A DNA stretch of 64,000 nt from Cardiobacteriaceae bacterium (GTDB taxonomy: Bacteria; Pseudomonadota; Gammaproteobacteria; Cardiobacteriales; Cardiobacteriaceae): the NCBI GenBank assembly GCA_030525785.1, contig JAUNEA010000004.1, positions 69,359 through 133,358 on the forward strand, in the 5' to 3' direction. Shown here piece by piece: positions 32,908 to 41,425 of this stretch (positions are counted from its first letter, which is position 1; the number at the start of each line of letters is the position of its first letter). The translations under genes and the position numbers were made by a program. Under the pieces are notes generated by a model, which was not told where the DNA came from, did not search any database, and worked only from the letters and a program-made list of their open reading frames with translations.

Positions 32908-33026
32908 GCCCATAAAAATATCTCTTGTATTCAAATGTTTAAATTCAACAGCTTTTGGATTGGTTATTTATAGAAAATCCTTGCTAACTCTAGATAGCTC
33001 CAACAATTTCTCTCTGCTATAATCCT
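32908..33026 (+). promoter_or_regulatory. putative CRISPR leader (AT-rich)
   Basis: AT-rich ~120 bp immediately upstream of repeat 1, in the repeat orientation that matches canonical I-F direction. The degenerate repeats are at the distal end. Confidence 0.4.
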
Positions 33027-33474
33027 GTTACACACCGCATAGGTGGCTTAGAAAAGAAAATTTAGAAATAAAATTTGGCATAGTTAGTTACACACCGCAT
33101 AGGTGGCTTAGAAAAAGCGCTTTGCGATAAGCGTTATACACTCGTTGTTACACACCGCATAGGTGGCTTAGAAATTTCCATGCAAATTTGCCATTGCTGT
33201 TTTCACGTTACACACCGCATAGGTGGCTTAGAAATGATTAGATAACTGCTGATTCATCTTTTATTTGTTACACACCGCATAGGTGGCTTAGAAAGCGTAA
33301 TCTTCGAGTTTTGCCACGCTTTGCTCGTTACACACCGCATAGGTGGCTTAGAAAAAAGGCACAGGTTCTTCAACACGCTGATAAGTGTTACACACCGCAC
33401 AGGTGGCTTAGAAAAAAGGCACAGGTTCTTCAACACGCTGATAAGTGTTACACACCGCACAGGTGGCTTAGAAA
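33027..33474 (+). CRISPR. CRISPR array, type I-F-like: 8 x 28-nt repeats GTTACACACCGCATAGGTGGCTTAGAAA with 7 x 32-nt spacers
   Basis: Exact 60-bp periodicity. The repeat has a CACC-GCATA-GGTG hairpin and the conserved CTTAGAAA 3-prime end of I-F repeats. Repeats 7-8 carry a T-to-C change in the loop, and spacers 6 and 7 are identical (duplicated terminal unit). No cas gene occurs anywhere in the window. Confidence 0.9.
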
Positions 33475-33507
33475 ACAAAGCGCTTACCTCGTTTACGAAT
33501 TGCCATA

Positions 33508-33559
33508 AAACTGCCCCCAGAATTGCCGTAAATTTGAGGGCAGTTTAGCGTTATTTTTC
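33508..33559 (+). terminator. hairpin (AAACTGCCC ... GGGCAGTTT) with T-rich tail after the array
   Basis: 9-bp stem with a 21-nt loop, followed by AGCGTTATTTTTC. It could end the array transcript and/or serve the convergent binding-protein gene. Confidence 0.35.
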
Positions 33560-33621
33560 ATTTAACGCGATACGGTAAAAGAATAGGTCATTGAATATCA
33601 AAATATTTCATCAAACACCAA

Positions 33622-35157
33622 TCACTCCTTAACCTGCAAGAGGTCCCATTTAGGAATATTTTCACTATTCACCACTTCAGGGAAGTTGCTAAAGCGTTTG
33701 GTGTATGCCCAATGGAGATTTTGCCAATGCATTTGAATTAAAGGAGCATCTTCGTATTGAATACGGCTAATCTCTTGCAAAAGCGCTTTGCGTTTATCTT
33801 CATCTAATTCAGAAATCGCCTGTTCAATTAAAGCATCTAATTCAGGATTTTTATAGCTGCAATTGTATTGACCCAATCCTTTTTCTGCATCTTTGCTATG
33901 AACAATATAAGTTGCATAATCAATCGAATCACTGGTAATTGGCGCAATGCCTAACATATTCACCGCTGCTTTACATTCATCACGATACACAAAATACTGA
34001 GCGCGTGGCATAGTGGTTAAATTTGCCTTGACATTAATTTTCGCCAATTGAGCTGCCACTGCTTCGGCAATTTTTGCATCGTTCACATAACGATCATTTG
34101 GCGCAATCAAATCTACTTCAAATCCATCAGCAAAGCCAGCTTCCTTCATAAGCGCTTTGGCTTTGTCTAAATCATAACGAGGAGTAAGCTCAGGCACATG
34201 TCCCAAATAACCAGGAGGCGAACTCTGCCCTGCTGCTGTTGCTCCTTCTTTCATGATTTTATCGACAATACCTTGATTATTCACCGCATAGTTAAAAGCT
34301 AAACGCACACGTTTATCTTTAAAGGCTGGCTGAAGATTTTCGTCCATATAGAAGAAAATGATGCGACTGCTTGGCATAGTATGCAAATTCAAACGCTTAT
34401 CTTCTTTCACACGCGCAATATCATTCGGTGGCACAGGGAAAATAAAATCCACATCGCCTGAGAGCAAAGCGCTTATTCTCGTGGCATTTTCTTTAATAGC
34501 ACTGAGTTCAATGCGATCCACATTGCCTGTTTTTTCATAGAAATCAGGGTTTTTCACAAACACCACTTTAATCCCCTGCTCGCGACTTTCAATTTTAAAT
34601 GCTCCCGTTCCTGAGGGATTATTTTCTGCAAAAGACCCTCCTTTAAGCGCGATTTGGTCTTTAGGCTGACCTTTATCATCGTTTCCTGAGTAGAATTTGC
34701 TGTCCATGATAAAAAGATTGGTGAGCATATTGAGCGTGAGCGGATAAGGCTTTTTCTCGACAATATCCACTGTAAAATCATCAATTTTTTCAATTTTTTC
34801 AAACGGTGCAATGACACTTTTAAAATTTGGTGCACTCATTGCTCGATTAAAACTAAAGACTACATCATCAGCTGTGAAAGGATTACCGCTGTGGAATTTC
34901 ACGCCTTGGCGCAGATAAAAGCGCGTGGTGGTTTCGTTCACACGCTCCCAGCGCTCTGCCAAACGCGGTAAGATTTTGTTTTCATGGTCATAACGAACCA
35001 AACCATCAAACACCAAATTCGCCATTTGAATGGTATCAGCAGAAAGCTGCTGCATGGGGTCAAGCGAGACAGGGTCTGCATCGTAGGCGATTTTGATGGT
35101 CGCAGCCTGCGCCAAAGCGCTTAATAGGCTTAAGGTTAATAAGGTTTTTTTCAACAT
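33622..35157 (-). CDS. ABC transporter substrate-binding protein, family 5 (oligopeptide/dipeptide/nickel type)
   Basis: 511 aa with signal peptide and SBP_bac_5-like sequence. No cognate permease or ATPase genes are adjacent. Confidence 0.8.
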   Translation of the reverse strand: MLKKTLLTLSLLSALAQAATIKIAYDADPVSLDPMQQLSADTIQMANLVFDGLVRYDHENKILPRLAERWERVNETTTRFYLRQGVKFHSGNPFTADDVVFSFNRAMSAPNFKSVIAPFEKIEKIDDFTVDIVEKKPYPLTLNMLTNLFIMDSKFYSGNDDKGQPKDQIALKGGSFAENNPSGTGAFKIESREQGIKVVFVKNPDFYEKTGNVDRIELSAIKENATRISALLSGDVDFIFPVPPNDIARVKEDKRLNLHTMPSSRIIFFYMDENLQPAFKDKRVRLAFNYAVNNQGIVDKIMKEGATAAGQSSPPGYLGHVPELTPRYDLDKAKALMKEAGFADGFEVDLIAPNDRYVNDAKIAEAVAAQLAKINVKANLTTMPRAQYFVYRDECKAAVNMLGIAPITSDSIDYATYIVHSKDAEKGLGQYNCSYKNPELDALIEQAISELDEDKRKALLQEISRIQYEDAPLIQMHWQNLHWAYTKRFSNFPEVVNSENIPKWDLLQVKE

Positions 35158-35177
35158 AAAGGCTCCTTAGAAAAGAA

Positions 35178-36437
35178 TCAAAGCGCTTTGCCTGATTGAG
35201 CAACCAAGCGGCAAAGCGTGATAAAAGTTTGGCAAGATAAGACGAATGAACGCACGGGTAAGAATTCACAGTTTGAATGGAAATTGTGAGCGCCCGTGAA
35301 AAAATTGGGCGTAAACAAGCCTCGCGCGGATAAACTCGAACCATCGGTTCCACCGCGCATATCAAAGCGCTTTGGCTCAATTTCAAGAGCCTGCATAGCT
35401 TGGAGCAGATAATCCACGGCACAGGCATTCTCAGGGGTCATAGCATCAGCGATGTTGGCATAAGTGTCGGAAATAGTGAGGTTAAATTGGGCGCGTGGAT
35501 AACGCAAACGCAAAAATGCCACCAGCTGTTCCACATAAGCCTTACGCGACTCAAAGCGCTTTTTGTCATGATCACGGATAGAAATATCCAAAATAGCAAA
35601 ACTTTGGTTGCTTTCAATACCATTAACCCACCAGTATCCCTCTGTTCCTTCTGTATTTTCAGGAGTTTGCAGGCGGTCTAACTGATTGATGAAATCCACC
35701 GCCACCAACGCAGGATTCACCATCACGCCCTTCGCGGACATCGGGTGCGCTGATACGCCATCAATACGCAAACGTGCATGGGCAGCATTAAAGGTATCAA
35801 TATTGTATTGCCCCAACTCGCAGCAATCGATGGTATAGGCAAAATCAACAGGCAAACGCGACAAATCCATCGCCTTTGCGCCACGCAGACCAATTTCCTC
35901 ATCTGGCACAAAAGCCACATGAATTTCAGGGTGAGGCAGATTTTGGCGAATCATAGCCTCCAGCCCAACCATAATGCTAGTCACTGCTGCTTTGTTATCC
36001 GCCCCCAAAACGCTTGTGCCGTCAGAAAGCAGAATATCATCGCCTTTATAGCGTTCAATTTCTGGATAATCTGCCACGCGCAGCCAAATATCCTCCGCCT
36101 GATTCAAGCAAATATCGCCCCCTGAATAATCCTTCAGCACCCATGCCTTAATTTCAGGCTTTAAGTTCACATCAACAGTATCCAAATGCGCGACAAAGCC
36201 AATTTTGGGGGCATGTTCATAGCCTTTGGTAGCAGGCAACCTCGCGGTTAGTATCGACTGTTCATCTAACACAATCTCCACCAAGCCCAAATGCTCCAGC
36301 TCACTTTTCAAAAGTCTTGCCAAATTCATTTGTCCCACGCTCGAGGGCAAAGCGCTTTGGCTGGCATTGCTTTGGCTTTCGATGGCGGTGTAACGTAAAA
36401 ATTGCTCGATAAGAGCAGGGGCTAAAGTTGATGGCAT
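35178..36437 (-). CDS. pepT: peptidase T (tripeptide aminopeptidase, M20B)
   Basis: 419 aa, M20 metal ligands (HLDTV; DNKAAV; EEIG) and PepT-like overall sequence. Confidence 0.85.
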   Translation of the reverse strand: MPSTLAPALIEQFLRYTAIESQSNASQSALPSSVGQMNLARLLKSELEHLGLVEIVLDEQSILTARLPATKGYEHAPKIGFVAHLDTVDVNLKPEIKAWVLKDYSGGDICLNQAEDIWLRVADYPEIERYKGDDILLSDGTSVLGADNKAAVTSIMVGLEAMIRQNLPHPEIHVAFVPDEEIGLRGAKAMDLSRLPVDFAYTIDCCELGQYNIDTFNAAHARLRIDGVSAHPMSAKGVMVNPALVAVDFINQLDRLQTPENTEGTEGYWWVNGIESNQSFAILDISIRDHDKKRFESRKAYVEQLVAFLRLRYPRAQFNLTISDTYANIADAMTPENACAVDYLLQAMQALEIEPKRFDMRGGTDGSSLSARGLFTPNFFTGAHNFHSNCEFLPVRSFVLSCQTFITLCRLVAQSGKAL

Positions 36438-36531
36438 ACGAGGTCTCCTAAATTTTTTGTTACCTTCAGGTTACCACAAAGCGCTTTTTGCCGTATCATG
36501 CGCCCAATCTGAATTCTTAAGAGCTGGTTTT

Positions 36532-37083
36532 ATGTCCATTTTTTTCACCGCTGATACACATTTTTTCCACCACAACATCATCAAATACTGCAAACGCCCC
36601 TTTTCTGCTGCGCGTATGAATGAAGAATTGATTAGGCGCTGGAATAATGTGGTGGGGAAGGAAGATGTGGTGTATCACTTGGGCGATGTGTCTTTTGGTG
36701 GTTTATCCGAAACCTTTCGTGTGTTGGCGGAATTGAACGGAAAATTGCATTTAATCACAGGCAATCATGATGATGAACTCATTCAAGACCCCTATCTTGC
36801 AAAGCGCTTTGTCTCCATTTCGCCGTATCAAGAGTTGATGCTGGAGGGGCGGAGAATCGTGCTGTTTCACTATCCGATTCAAGAGTGGCGCGAGGCACAA
36901 CGTGGCAGCTGGCATTTGTATGGTCATACACACGGCGCAATCCAACTTAAAGGTGCAGCGATGGACGTTGGCATTGATACTCACCCTGAGTATCGCCCCT
37001 ATCATCTCTCTGAAATTATCACGAGGTTACAAACCATCGCCCCCTTGCCCTACCCCAAAAAGCCCAAAGCGCTTTGCCTTTAA
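36532..37083 (+). CDS. metallophosphoesterase (calcineurin-like)
   Basis: MSIFFTADTHFFH, GDVSFGG, GNHD, GHTHG motifs. Confidence 0.7.
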   Translation: MSIFFTADTHFFHHNIIKYCKRPFSAARMNEELIRRWNNVVGKEDVVYHLGDVSFGGLSETFRVLAELNGKLHLITGNHDDELIQDPYLAKRFVSISPYQELMLEGRRIVLFHYPIQEWREAQRGSWHLYGHTHGAIQLKGAAMDVGIDTHPEYRPYHLSEIITRLQTIAPLPYPKKPKALCL

Positions 37084-37595
37084 GGCTTTGGCTCCAATGC
37101 CCCCAAGCTGTAAGCACCATCTTTGATAAAAAGTTGCAAATGAAATAGGGTTTCTTCCTGCAACGAACGCTCACGCTCAATGTCTTGCGCCCTGTTTTCA
37201 TTCATATAATAACGCTGAAACGGTAACTCAATTGGCCAAGTATCATCGCCTTGACAATAGCGATGCTCAGGTATGACGGTCAAAAATAATCCCTCAGGCT
37301 TTTCATCGCTTAACTCGGTAAACATCGCCTGACCCTGTACATCTTTTTTCAACACAAGATATGCCTTTTTCGGCATCTTGCCATATTCGCACCAACTCGG
37401 CATAAGCTTCAAAGCGCTTTGCGCACTGCTGATACGAAGATAATGACCGCGCAGCATATCTCGTGGGTCATATAACCTCATCTCGAGCCAAACCTCTTCG
37501 CCAAAAGAACGTAAATAAGCATCGTACGCTAGTGGAAAAAAAATCACCATCATCTGCAACACACAGGCACCAACCAAATAACGAAATGAACGCAT
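37080..37595 (-). CDS. GDYXXLXY-domain protein
   Basis: 171 aa with N-terminal TM segment and the motif region YDPRDMLRGHYLRI. Confidence 0.6.
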   Translation of the reverse strand: MRSFRYLVGACVLQMMVIFFPLAYDAYLRSFGEEVWLEMRLYDPRDMLRGHYLRISSAQSALKLMPSWCEYGKMPKKAYLVLKKDVQGQAMFTELSDEKPEGLFLTVIPEHRYCQGDDTWPIELPFQRYYMNENRAQDIERERSLQEETLFHLQLFIKDGAYSLGALEPKP

Positions 37596-37596
37596 C

Positions 37597-38889
37597 TTAC
37601 CCCTCCTGAGTCTCTAAATCGCTCACCAAAAGCTTTTTTGATGCCACGATCAACACGCCAGAAAGTATGAAAATAAAAGCGTTTTCAAGCAAATGCGCAG
37701 AAAACATTCTCTCAACCACCAACATCACAAACCCTAAAAAGCAGCCAATCGCAAGCCCACGCTGTTTTTTCTCCAAAGCGCTTAAGCCAAGCAAAGCCAA
37801 CAAGGAAAAGCTCCATACCATCGTCAGCATTTCATGCCATCTCCCTTCAAGCCACCACCGAGAAAGGTAAATCAAAATCGGCGTGCAAGCAAAAGCCAAC
37901 GATAAAAAATGCCCTCGCAACATCACGCTACTTGCCACAAACAATAAGCCAAAGCCCCCTATCTGCAGTCCTCCAATATCTACGTGATAGTTGTAACTAT
38001 TGATAGATAAAACAATAATCGCCAGCGCCCCATAAGCTCTATCAAGCCAGCTTAAGTGCTGTCGTATCTCAAAGCGCTTGGATAAAGGGTATAAAAGTGC
38101 CAGCAAAGACAAAACCAAAAGCCACCAGCCCTGATGGCTCCAATAATCTCCACTAGCCCAATAAGCATCACCCGTTAAGCCCAGCGAAATGAATATCAAA
38201 GGGAAAAGCGTGATGCTCCATTTTCTTTGCCACACAGAAACACACACCACCACCATCGTCACGCCCATCAATATCCCCGAAATCTCATGACCATGATGCC
38301 ACCCCTGAGTTGCCAACCAAGCAAAACCCAACAAACCATGCCCCAAATGAAAGGCAAAAGCGCTTTGTGACCACGCCCAAATCGGCACAAACAACATCGC
38401 CCATTGCAGCAAAAACCCCGATAAACTACCTTGCAATTGAAAGACTTGAGACACAATCACCATACTTAATCCCAATGTTGCCACATGAATCACCAAGCCC
38501 AAGCTGTGCCATCGTTCCTTCAATCGCCACAAAGCGCTTACACCTGAGAGCAACAACAAAAATGCCAATACCAAACGCAAAGTCGGCGAGGATTCGTCCC
38601 AGTGATGGGCAACCCATTGTCCCAAGCCCAATAAACACAAGCTCACACCAAGCAACACCAAAAAGATATTGCCTGATAACTGAGTTTCGCGAATGGCATA
38701 AAAATCTCGCAAAATGGCTGCCTGTTCTGGGGAAATGATTTGCTTCTCCTCAAAATCATGCAAAGCGCTTTGCAAAAAATGATGCTGTTTAGGCGTGATG
38801 GTAGGCTTGGAAGACATCGTCAAATCCTTATCGAACATATCAGAAAGCGCAATACTATCACACAACAATTTATCTCCTGCCAAAGCCAC
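37597..38889 (-). CDS. polytopic membrane protein (DUF2157/DUF4401-like partner of GDYXXLXY proteins)
   Basis: 430 aa with a ~70 aa soluble N-terminal region followed by >10 TM helices. Lies immediately upstream of the GDYXXLXY gene with a 1-nt gap. Confidence 0.5.
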   Translation of the reverse strand: MALAGDKLLCDSIALSDMFDKDLTMSSKPTITPKQHHFLQSALHDFEEKQIISPEQAAILRDFYAIRETQLSGNIFLVLLGVSLCLLGLGQWVAHHWDESSPTLRLVLAFLLLLSGVSALWRLKERWHSLGLVIHVATLGLSMVIVSQVFQLQGSLSGFLLQWAMLFVPIWAWSQSAFAFHLGHGLLGFAWLATQGWHHGHEISGILMGVTMVVVCVSVWQRKWSITLFPLIFISLGLTGDAYWASGDYWSHQGWWLLVLSLLALLYPLSKRFEIRQHLSWLDRAYGALAIIVLSINSYNYHVDIGGLQIGGFGLLFVASSVMLRGHFLSLAFACTPILIYLSRWWLEGRWHEMLTMVWSFSLLALLGLSALEKKQRGLAIGCFLGFVMLVVERMFSAHLLENAFIFILSGVLIVASKKLLVSDLETQEG

Positions 38890-38895
38890 CCAACA

Positions 38896-38925
38896 AAAAA
38901 GCCCCCAACTTGTGGGGGCTCTTCA
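38896..38925 (-). terminator. rho-independent terminator downstream of the OmpA-family gene
   Basis: Minus strand reads AGCCCCCACAAGTTGGGGGCT followed by TTTTTTG. Confidence 0.5.
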
Positions 38926-38939
38926 TCAGATTGATTTTA

Positions 38940-39584
38940 TCAATAAATGGGTTGATACGCTGCTTGGGGATTTTGCTGGTTAATTGCACGAATAAATACT
39001 TCAACACGGCGATCAGCAGCATTGTTCTGCGCACGCGCAAAACGCTCACCATAACCACGAACCACAAAACGCTGTGCTGCGACCCCTTGTTGAATTAAGA
39101 ATTGAGCAGCCGCATTAGCGCGTTGTTCAGAAAGACGTTGGTTATGGTCATCATTACCGCTACCATCTGTAAAGCCGTAAACATGCACAACTGTGTCAGG
39201 ATATTGACGCAAAACGTTGGCAATTTGCATCAAAGTGGGGTGGAAGCCTGCTTTGATGTCTGCACGGTTCACATCAAACAAAACCTCGCTTTGAATATTG
39301 AGCTGAATGGTGCTTTCATCAACGCGCGAAACGCCAACATTTTGCCCTGCAACTTGTTGTGCCAAAGCTTGCTGTTGATTATCCATGTAATTGTTAATAG
39401 CAGCTCCTGCTAACGCACCTGCTGCTGCGCCAATGTAACGACCGTAATCATCATTCACTTGATGACCAACCACGCCACCAACGGCAGCACCAATGACAGG
39501 AGCTAAAATTGCGCTGGTATTTTGCCCTCCACAAGCGGTTAAAACACTTGCCAAAACAGCAGAAAGAAGGAAAGATTTTTTCAT
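38940..39584 (-). CDS. OmpA-family lipoprotein with glycine-zipper N-domain (YiaD-like)
   Basis: Signal peptide with lipobox LTAC, glycine zipper (GAAVGGVVG...GAAAGALAGAA), and C-terminal OmpA_C motifs (GFTDGSGNDDHNQRLSEQRA). Confidence 0.8.
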   Translation of the reverse strand: MKKSFLLSAVLASVLTACGGQNTSAILAPVIGAAVGGVVGHQVNDDYGRYIGAAAGALAGAAINNYMDNQQQALAQQVAGQNVGVSRVDESTIQLNIQSEVLFDVNRADIKAGFHPTLMQIANVLRQYPDTVVHVYGFTDGSGNDDHNQRLSEQRANAAAQFLIQQGVAAQRFVVRGYGERFARAQNNAADRRVEVFIRAINQQNPQAAYQPIY

Positions 39585-39805
39585 AGAGAGACTCCCATTT
39601 GAGTTGATTAGAGCGAACATCATAACAAAGCGCTTTGAGTGAGTCAGATTTTTATGTGTTCATCTTTAGGACAAAAAAATAAGCCCCATCATAAAAAAAT
39701 AAAAATTGTTGCAACGCAACATTGAAAACCTTTTTTCATAAAATCCATGTATTTCAATTTATTGTCACGTTAAAGAATCGGTAATATTTTTTATGCCCAT
39801 TATTC

Positions 39806-39834
39806 TTGACGCAATGCAACATAAACCCTATAAT
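39806..39834 (+). promoter_or_regulatory. near-consensus sigma70 promoter (TTGACG - 17 nt - TATAAT)
   Basis: -35 TTGACG at 39806..39811, 17-nt spacer, -10 TATAAT at 39829..39834. Confidence 0.45.
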
Positions 39835-39840
39835 ACGCCC

Positions 39841-39917
39841 CGACATCATTGATGTTATCTCCTCTATATCCTCCTTTGGTGGTTATTTGGCCGAGCAAAA
39901 AGCTCGGCTTTTTTTTT
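39841..39917 (+). ncRNA. candidate small RNA (~75 nt) bounded by promoter and intrinsic terminator
   Basis: The transcript would run from just after the -10 to the terminator GCCGAGC-AAAAA-GCTCGGC + T9 (39890..39917). It contains a small hairpin ACATCATTGATGT and a C/U-rich single-stranded stretch CUCCUCUAUAUCCUCCUUUGG. Confidence 0.3.
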
Positions 39918-40017
39918 GTCTATTCTTAAGCTCCATACTTGCTATCTTCCTTGCCAAGTCACAGCCCTACTTTGCTACAATGCTCGCGATCATTATCTTC
40001 TCTGCACTGGACACCCC

Positions 40018-40491
40018 ATGAGATTGCTCCCTTTATTACTCGCTTGCATTTCCCTTTTAGGCTGCTCAAGTTCATCTATAGAACAATCCCCTCAGCCCAA
40101 AGTGTTTCAACTCAGCGAACGCGCACAGCAGTTGGTACAAACTTTAATGCAATCTCCTCATAAACTCATGCCTGATATTCATGCTCCCCGTTGTCAAAAA
40201 AATAGCCAACATGTTGACGATTGCTTACGCGCTGGCATCAATACCGCTCACCACGATTTAAATCGCCTACTCTTTGGCTCCCAACAAACCCTCCAATCCC
40301 AAAGCGCTTGGCAACTAAAAACTGCCAAAATTGATTACTCCGATCTTAACCACGCCAAAGCGCTTATCTATGCCAAACACACAGATCTCGACACCATCAG
40401 CGCCATTCGCATCAATCTGATTTACATTGACCAACGCTGGAAACTAGACTTAAGCCACTATATCAATAGCCTACAAGATCCAAGCCCTTAA
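40018..40491 (+). CDS. hypothetical lipoprotein
   Basis: Start at MRLLPLLLACISLLGCSSS (lipobox LLGC). The tracked longer ORF from 39916 lacks a signal-peptide context. Confidence 0.5.
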   Translation: MRLLPLLLACISLLGCSSSSIEQSPQPKVFQLSERAQQLVQTLMQSPHKLMPDIHAPRCQKNSQHVDDCLRAGINTAHHDLNRLLFGSQQTLQSQSAWQLKTAKIDYSDLNHAKALIYAKHTDLDTISAIRINLIYIDQRWKLDLSHYINSLQDPSP

Positions 40492-40516
40492 AAGCCAAAG
40501 CGCTTTGCCCTATGAT

Positions 40517-41425
40517 TTATTCCATTTCTTTCGCCCATGCCAACACTTGTGTTTTGAATTGTTCGGCTTGAGGTGAGAGCAAACGCCCACGCCGTTCAAT
40601 CACACTATACACTCGCTCGGGCGAGAAATCTTCAATGGTACGCAATAACAAATGATGTTCACCACGCACACAAGCCTCTGACAAAATTGCCACCCCCAAT
40701 CCTGCGCTCACAAAGCGCTTTGCCACCTCACTCCCTGATGCCTCAATAGCCACATGAAAAGGTAATTGTCTTTCGCTAAAAACACGCTTTAAGGTTTGCC
40801 AAGTGTAGGAAATTTCAGGAGGCACAATAAGCGAACACTGTGCAATATCTTGCAAATAAATCATGTTCTTCTCTGCCAAAGCATGTTCACATGGCAACAA
40901 TAACATCGGCGAGAAACGATAAAACGGCGTTTGGCGCAAATGCTCTGGCTCACCAATCAATGTCCCTAATGCAAAATCCACCTCATCATTCATCAACAAA
41001 CTAGGAATATCTTTCGCGGAGGCTGCCACAAATTTCAATTGCACACGCGGAAACTGCTCAGCAAAGCGCTTTGCAATGCGTGGCATAAATTGCAACAAAA
41101 TAGTCTCACCTGCTGCAATGCGAATAACCCCCTGATTGATTTCTCCTTTATGCAGCCAAAATCTATCAGGCAATTGTTCTAAACCTTCGACAATAGGTCT
41201 TGCCAATAACAACAGAGATTCGCCATCGGGCGTAAGTCGCAAATGCGGGCGACGACGCTCAAAAAGCAAACAATCAAACGTTTGTTCCAAGTGAGCAATA
41301 TGGCTAGAAACTGCTGGCTGACTAACCCCTAACATCTCCGCAGCTTTTGAGATACTTAAACATTGCGCTACTTGACAAAACACCGACAAAGGCTTGATAA
41401 GTGTTGGAGCTAGATTGCCATTCAT
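40517..41425 (-). CDS. LysR-family transcriptional regulator
   Basis: N-terminal HTH (FCQVAQCLSISKAAEMLGVSQPAVSSHIAHLEQ) and LysR substrate-binding domain. Confidence 0.85.
   Translation of the reverse strand: MNGNLAPTLIKPLSVFCQVAQCLSISKAAEMLGVSQPAVSSHIAHLEQTFDCLLFERRRPHLRLTPDGESLLLLARPIVEGLEQLPDRFWLHKGEINQGVIRIAAGETILLQFMPRIAKRFAEQFPRVQLKFVAASAKDIPSLLMNDEVDFALGTLIGEPEHLRQTPFYRFSPMLLLPCEHALAEKNMIYLQDIAQCSLIVPPEISYTWQTLKRVFSERQLPFHVAIEASGSEVAKRFVSAGLGVAILSEACVRGEHHLLLRTIEDFSPERVYSVIERRGRLLSPQAEQFKTQVLAWAKEME

Noticed and set aside
33254-33548. Three tracked ORFs (33254..33478 minus; 33311..33508 and 33321..33548 plus) with internally repetitive peptides
   Set aside because: They lie entirely within the CRISPR array. 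The repetitive translations (…VTLISVLKNLCLFSKPP… and …TPHRWLRKKAQVLQHADKCY…) are artefacts of translating the 60-bp repeat-spacer periodicity.
39806-40021. 71-aa ORF overlapping the promoter/terminator unit
   Set aside because: Its start codon lies inside the -35 hexamer and it reads through a strong intrinsic terminator. It is incompatible with expression as a protein. The region is better explained as a small RNA or leader.
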